DNA of 17,765 nucleotides from an archaeon (GTDB lineage Archaea; Iainarchaeota; Iainarchaeia; Iainarchaeales; CSSED10-239): NCBI GenBank assembly GCA_035387745.1, contig DAOOON010000009.1, positions 1 to 17,765 of the forward strand, read 5' to 3'. Shown piece by piece: positions 16,201 to 17,765 of this stretch (position 1 is its first letter; each line of letters starts with the position of its first letter). The notes under the pieces were generated by a model. It saw only the letters and a program-made list of their open reading frames with translations, ran no database searches and was not told where the DNA came from. The position numbers and the translations under genes were made by a program.

Positions 16201-17765
16201 GTTATAGGACTGGAAAGATAAATTCTGAAAGAAAAGCAGACGTAAATATTACTTTAATAAATTCAGGAATGACTCCAATACAATTAATAGGAATTGGAGA
16301 TTCTGTATCTGGAAAGTTAAGTTCAGAAAATGCAGGAGTTAACGAACAGTCATTTTATACTTTTGTTTCATGGGATAAAGAATACAATAAAAATGACAAA
16401 GAAGAATATTGTGAAGCTCTAAAGAAATATTATGATAGTTTAGGTGGCAAAGCCACAATGTTTAACAAACCAGAAGAGTGTGATTTTGAAGAAACAAAGA
16501 CAGAAAAGAACGCAAAAGTTAGTAGGGCTCTAAAAAGAGCAGGTTCTTATTTGCTCGGTTGTTTTTCTAGTTGTGCTCTTTTAACTTATGGGGCAGATTC
16601 ATTGTGGAATTTAATTCCAGTTTTAGGGCAAGTAATGTTTGTACACAATGTAATAAAAGATATTGCAATGAATTGTGGTCTTGGGTGTGGTATTCCAACA
16701 GTACTAATGTTTGGTGAAGAAACCGGAATTACAGAAAAAGTGATGGATTTTATTTATAAAATTCCAATTGTTGGAGATTTTGCAAAATTTTTGGGCGCCG
16801 CTTTAAATTTTTTAGGTGGTGCATTTAATAGTATAGCCGGAGCAATATTTGGAGGAGGAGACGGTGTTGCAGAAACTGAAGCTTTAGCCAGTCAATTAGC
16901 AGAAGAAGGCGCAGGAGCATCAGATTTAAGTACGGCTGCTGGTGCTGGAGTGGCAACAGTAGGTATTAGGGATGCAAGAAGATTAAATGGCTTTCCTGGA
17001 GATATAGGTTTAGTTGTTCCAGAGTCAGGTGTCGAATCAATAAAGTGGACAGATATAGGTGGAATTTCTGGATTAGATATAGATGATGTAGGAAAAATAA
17101 TAGAAATTCCTAATTCGGAAGTTCCAAGACTTGTGAATTTTGTCCCAGGTACTACAACTACAACTGGCGGCGGATTAGGTAGAACAATACATTCAACTAA
17201 ATTAGTAAACCATATAGACTATTTAGCTCATAATCCACAAAAGGGTACTAAATATTGGTTTAATGCAGGAAGAGGGGATCAAACAACAGTTAATAGGATT
17301 TTAAAAAAAGCTGGGCTTCATCCAGATAATACAGAATTTATTAAAATGACACCAGAACAAAAAAGAGATTTGTTTTATAGTATGCCTACTGAGGATAAAC
17401 AGAAAATTGCAGACATTCTAAAAAAACATCCGAACTCTTATATACAAAATCCAAATATTATAGACGAAAGAGTCGGGGCTCATATACCAAGTGGAGAGAG
17501 ATTTGCAGGTGATATTGAAAAGCACCTTAAATCTCCATTAACAACAACCAGCAAAATTACTGGTGGTAATCAAGTTCAGTTTATAAATAGTGCTGAAAGT
17601 ACAAAAGCCGAATTGCAAAAATTATTAACAAAAACACAAGCAGAAGCAGCAGTAGATAAATTAAAAAACCAGATTAATGAAATCGATGATGTTATTGCTA
17701 AGGCTCGTGAAGGCACAACAATTGAATTAGACGAAATTAGCAAAATAAATAATCAATTAGACGAT
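10260..17765 (+). CDS. Giant membrane-anchored multi-domain surface protein, 3'-partial (>2,502 aa), family unknown
   Basis: An in-frame TAA at 10257-10259 precedes ATG 10260. I translated the frame by hand to 17765 and found 2,502 sense codons with no TAA, TAG or TGA. A/T-ending codon usage matches the neighbouring genes. The supplied track lists only two short antisense ORFs across these 7.5 kb, apparently because the caller needs a stop codon. Confidence 0.9.
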   Translation, partial: MAKEKAKPKGSKAKKEETDFEDTEIDDYSEVDEEFSEENIGKQTENNIFGKAYKWLETKYYSFSDWLTKKGINLNKANDFLEEKGIPAFVFVASLTLIILAVLIFLIINFATKTTVEFSIVDFSNNPLSDVDVKIYDLKDKTKFNGTISDGHKARLSLKSGINYTINATKSGFADYEKDNLFTRGEPIKIKFSENVTLGNFKLSVTDLETKKAISNYRAILSYDISGKPQEQTATPGSANQISFTDVPLGKSLSLVIEADGYQTVSKSITVSNNEEIIPIELQFDLDSAQLEGLDARGTIVAVSDTGDVLDDCEVTIYNISDEKIATGITQLGRFTFTEKVGSVIRFVVTKEGYKTYDSDEENKTFRLLRSEDTFTATLKKGSSDLKVMVVEDMVGPVSDADVSLYNLVGNLLTEKTTLLDGEVIFSGLDKNKDYIVTACKEDYLCSQYFVNIDNGNDLEAKLVKLGSAETYKLSIYVYDGANAPLSTANVLVYKLLNGKYVPIGFGPLQVDLTGYTSVFTQKAETYKVVGIAGDSNASQEITIDQFKDNKVILIINDASKEVTLQLKDIYGNPVIDGYVIVKSKTGEILYEGYIDAENPAKFSTKGYKDLIVEYLDEEGNTTVASAVVGSGEDLVVSLKPMIEDFNPIISFLEIRDLQNNSTSILSKDKDYYLVFDLQLPVDVKKCGVHFRAGKDSENDSENMDYGITGFKADTTSFKYSTTYNEGQQSIDFDNVGSPNELNKWLELYWPDVSLTNKQIMLKVKATEIGDLLLRYRAWCEDSEGKIYRDPEDTTLGTARNNSSKQSLYAETKEQVFKVFETPAECSDNLCVEYKFLDKGGFDYSNETFFGTVDEMYLLELNYYSPKSGELTIDTETDASHPIIGLINYQDTDLFPSSEQDSQETKLSSMAVSLQSGIYRKQYLLFNAKNIGVTYIDIKSTFNSNVTEKRLTFEIKNKRNLEVNVSELLPYNTPITIEVKDADNKSPINNALVKLEDEFGDLISSTKKAKAGKYIINQNFSSSKPNLEVMAPGYAPYTQQLMIADTGLISGPDSISINFGNEISQETEIITLVNKGNAKITDLTYQITPIDEVAELTIETQLPVTLNPASPSEIEVTSVIDPKLKFKTAKYVLTIFGFVGNKQVAKDIEIEIYKGQVQENCLDIKPLAIYSYVGISEGSENEITATLVNNCKKAITVTPELLKAKGTVIKKDENLEIVLPSVTIEPNEEITDYTITIKNNKARKTTKSYIFEIAWRNAYYALPNTKLNVDLVDYSKTIKIIPPVSIVSMSQFNEEIVASNKTVFSITNTGKYPLKDIQISRLEEKYVSNIQDKIEPITFEEIKPGQTKQVSIIYEGKVSNATRATLFYKVTAISPGSKDPIDAKFTVDFRISSASCLKIDQKKIAFYTRIGEEKIKLINITNQCAEPIAYIDYDINPNRAPNDFTLAFGEGTGVALVPATPIPFIGIGQTVPFYLKVKPTRYFTPRTENRFTIIGIPVNNTALSMVTSEIIWISTEVEAPDEDTVEDLERIEENISVKICDSDEKMDVAMPKIVTDCKEDGYCDAEGAAELILEKIQELHNVVIDVSKQLNNELAQTNCSMATSQQNGCVISDLLKPDQLKLFKNIPIYLQNDSLSQRTLEIVLGNTKEATKYPTIKNYAIRENVGSTSGGLQMIGNIIHVDNKMQGCGRYKITIDGRIATKDQKTLAPEKAYFFVTIDYNKTGPCAKSIENVRMYLPKDTTHFKKSNMGDTWLTMISGDENIGKTIAKQAFDSDERFQLRTDNIKKFSQLDVSIGTITENENAIAKLYFNNTTTATSPQPEKVNLVVNDYYTINKEGEESKYSEEFVKQVSENVKDIINGTPADICISQDKNYMLILSFEAAEYGALSLKAQNDKLQLTPLEKCVVLTAQSAVAEKITVKYEDILGVRTKFNYSGQDYTDKLSLVLEKDKPTDFNVCFLGDIGQVVSWSDQNVKIIAESGYRTGKINSERKADVNITLINSGMTPIQLIGIGDSVSGKLSSENAGVNEQSFYTFVSWDKEYNKNDKEEYCEALKKYYDSLGGKATMFNKPEECDFEETKTEKNAKVSRALKRAGSYLLGCFSSCALLTYGADSLWNLIPVLGQVMFVHNVIKDIAMNCGLGCGIPTVLMFGEETGITEKVMDFIYKIPIVGDFAKFLGAALNFLGGAFNSIAGAIFGGGDGVAETEALASQLAEEGAGASDLSTAAGAGVATVGIRDARRLNGFPGDIGLVVPESGVESIKWTDIGGISGLDIDDVGKIIEIPNSEVPRLVNFVPGTTTTTGGGLGRTIHSTKLVNHIDYLAHNPQKGTKYWFNAGRGDQTTVNRILKKAGLHPDNTEFIKMTPEQKRDLFYSMPTEDKQKIADILKKHPNSYIQNPNIIDERVGAHIPSGERFAGDIEKHLKSPLTTTSKITGGNQVQFINSAESTKAELQKLLTKTQAEAAVDKLKNQINEIDDVIAKAREGTTIELDEISKINNQLDD
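10515..10592 (+). other. N-terminal transmembrane anchor of the giant protein (residues 86-111)
   Basis: The hydrophobic segment is IPAFVFVASLTLIILAVLIFLIINFA. An 85-aa charged segment precedes it: a Lys-rich stretch MAKEKAKPKGSKAKK, an acidic stretch ETDFEDTEIDDYSEVDEEFSEE, then WLTKKGI...LEEKGIP. Positive charges on the N-terminal side suggest N-in, C-out topology. Confidence 0.75.
10599..12179 (+). repeat. Six tandem ~85-aa beta-sandwich repeats (PEGA / CarboxypepD_reg-like), residues 114-640
   Basis: Each unit has a recurrent pattern. Examples of the first element are PLSDVDVKIYDL, VLDDCEVTIYNI, PVSDADVSLYNL, PLSTANVLVYKL and PVIDGYVIVKSK. Each is followed about 45 aa later by KSGFADY, ADGYQTV, KEGYKTY, KEDYL or TKGYKDL. 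The repeat is visible at protein level only. Confidence 0.7.
13140..13394 (+). repeat. Isolated seventh copy of the PEGA/CarboxypepD_reg-like unit (residues 961-1045)
   Basis: LEVNVSELLPYNTPITIEVKDADNKSPINNALVKLEDEFGDLI...LEVMAPGYAPYTQQLMIAD has the same strand pattern as the N-terminal array. Confidence 0.6.
13422..14810 (+). repeat. Four tandem ~105-120-aa Ig-like repeats (residues 1055-1517)
   Basis: My unit boundaries are 13422, 13740, 14091, 14445 and 14810. Each unit contains a (V/I)(T/V)N-x-(G/C)-x-x-x-(I/L) strand: TLVNKGNAKI, TLVNNCKKAI, SITNTGKYPL, NITNQCAEPI. Units 2 and 4 both open with CL(D/K)I. Confidence 0.6.
16539..16859 (+). other. Second hydrophobic, Gly/Cys-rich membrane-interacting cluster of the giant protein (residues 2094-2200)
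   Basis: The segments are SYLLGCFSSCALLTYGADSLWNLIPVLGQVMFV, IAMNCGLGCGIPTVLMFG and IPIVGDFAKFLGAALNFLGGAFNSIAGAIFGGG. They show small-xxx-small / GxxxG spacing. Confidence 0.6.
16990..17594 (+). other. Non-repetitive C-terminal region of the giant protein, no recognisable family
   Basis: GFPGDIGLVVPESGVESIKWTDIGGISGLDIDDVGKIIEIP is followed by a TTTTGGG linker. A His/Lys-rich segment then follows: HSTKLVNHIDYLAHNPQKGTKYWFNAGRGD...HPDNTEFIKMTPEQKRDLFYSMPTEDKQKIADILKKHPNSY. I recognise no catalytic motif. Confidence 0.4.
17595..17765 (+). other. Predicted coiled-coil segment at the open end of the giant ORF
   Basis: ESTKAELQKLLTKTQAEAAVDKLKNQINEIDDVIAKAREGTTIELDEISKINNQLDD shows heptad-like hydrophobic spacing and has no Pro, and it continues past the window edge. 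Confidence 0.5.

Noticed and set aside
17271-17279. RGD tripeptide in the giant protein (AGRGDQ)
   Set aside because: A 3-residue motif is expected by chance in a >2,500-aa protein. There is no eukaryotic-host context to make integrin binding meaningful.
10260-17765. Idea that the giant frame is missing from the track because of stop-codon reassignment or a programmed frameshift
   Set aside because: I found no in-frame TAA, TAG or TGA and needed no frame change from 10260 to 17765. The simpler explanation is that the ORF caller needs a terminating stop, which lies beyond the window.
10260-17765. Abundant N-x-S/T sequons in the giant protein as evidence for heavy N-glycosylation
   Set aside because: Asn, Ser and Thr are all over-represented because of the AT-rich codon bias. 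Sequon density is uninformative without a composition-corrected test.
1-17765. Scan for tRNA, rRNA, CRISPR arrays, transposase or integrase genes and long inverted repeats
   Set aside because: I saw none. The intergenic regions are short and too AT-rich for tRNA-like stems. The only notable DNA-level repeats are the 12-bp pair around the RhuM gene and the two intragenic coding repeats in the DUF2207 gene.

Overview
AT-rich (about one-third G+C or less by eye, not computed), tightly packed prokaryotic window. I see no rRNA, tRNA, CRISPR array, transposase or integrase. At the left edge is one minus-strand RhuM-family gene, bracketed by an exact 12-bp G+C-rich direct repeat. A co-directional plus-strand block follows: an SSF-type symporter, a flavodoxin-like/2x[4Fe-4S] ferredoxin fusion, a Gpt-like phosphoribosyltransferase, a DUF2207 membrane protein with a tandemly duplicated ectodomain, PEP synthase (ppsA), a low-molecular-weight Cys phosphatase (LMW-PTP/ArsC fold) and LemA. 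The standout is absent from the supplied ORF track. After a 167-nt AT-rich spacer, an ATG at 10260 opens one plus-strand frame that I read without any stop codon to the last base of the window (2,502 codons, 3' end open). It encodes a giant, N-terminally membrane-anchored, multi-domain surface protein. In order it has six tandem PEGA/CarboxypepD_reg-like beta-sandwich repeats, non-repetitive modules, four ~115-aa Ig-like repeats, a Cys-containing region, a second glycine-zipper-like hydrophobic cluster, and an unrecognised C-terminal region ending in a coiled coil. With DUF2207 and LemA, the right two-thirds of the window is an envelope/cell-surface neighbourhood. Tiny intergenic gaps, low G+C and a giant surface ORF resemble small-genome uncultivated lineages such as DPANN archaea or CPR bacteria, but I cannot assign taxonomy from sequence alone. 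All family calls come from motif recognition by eye, not from searches.
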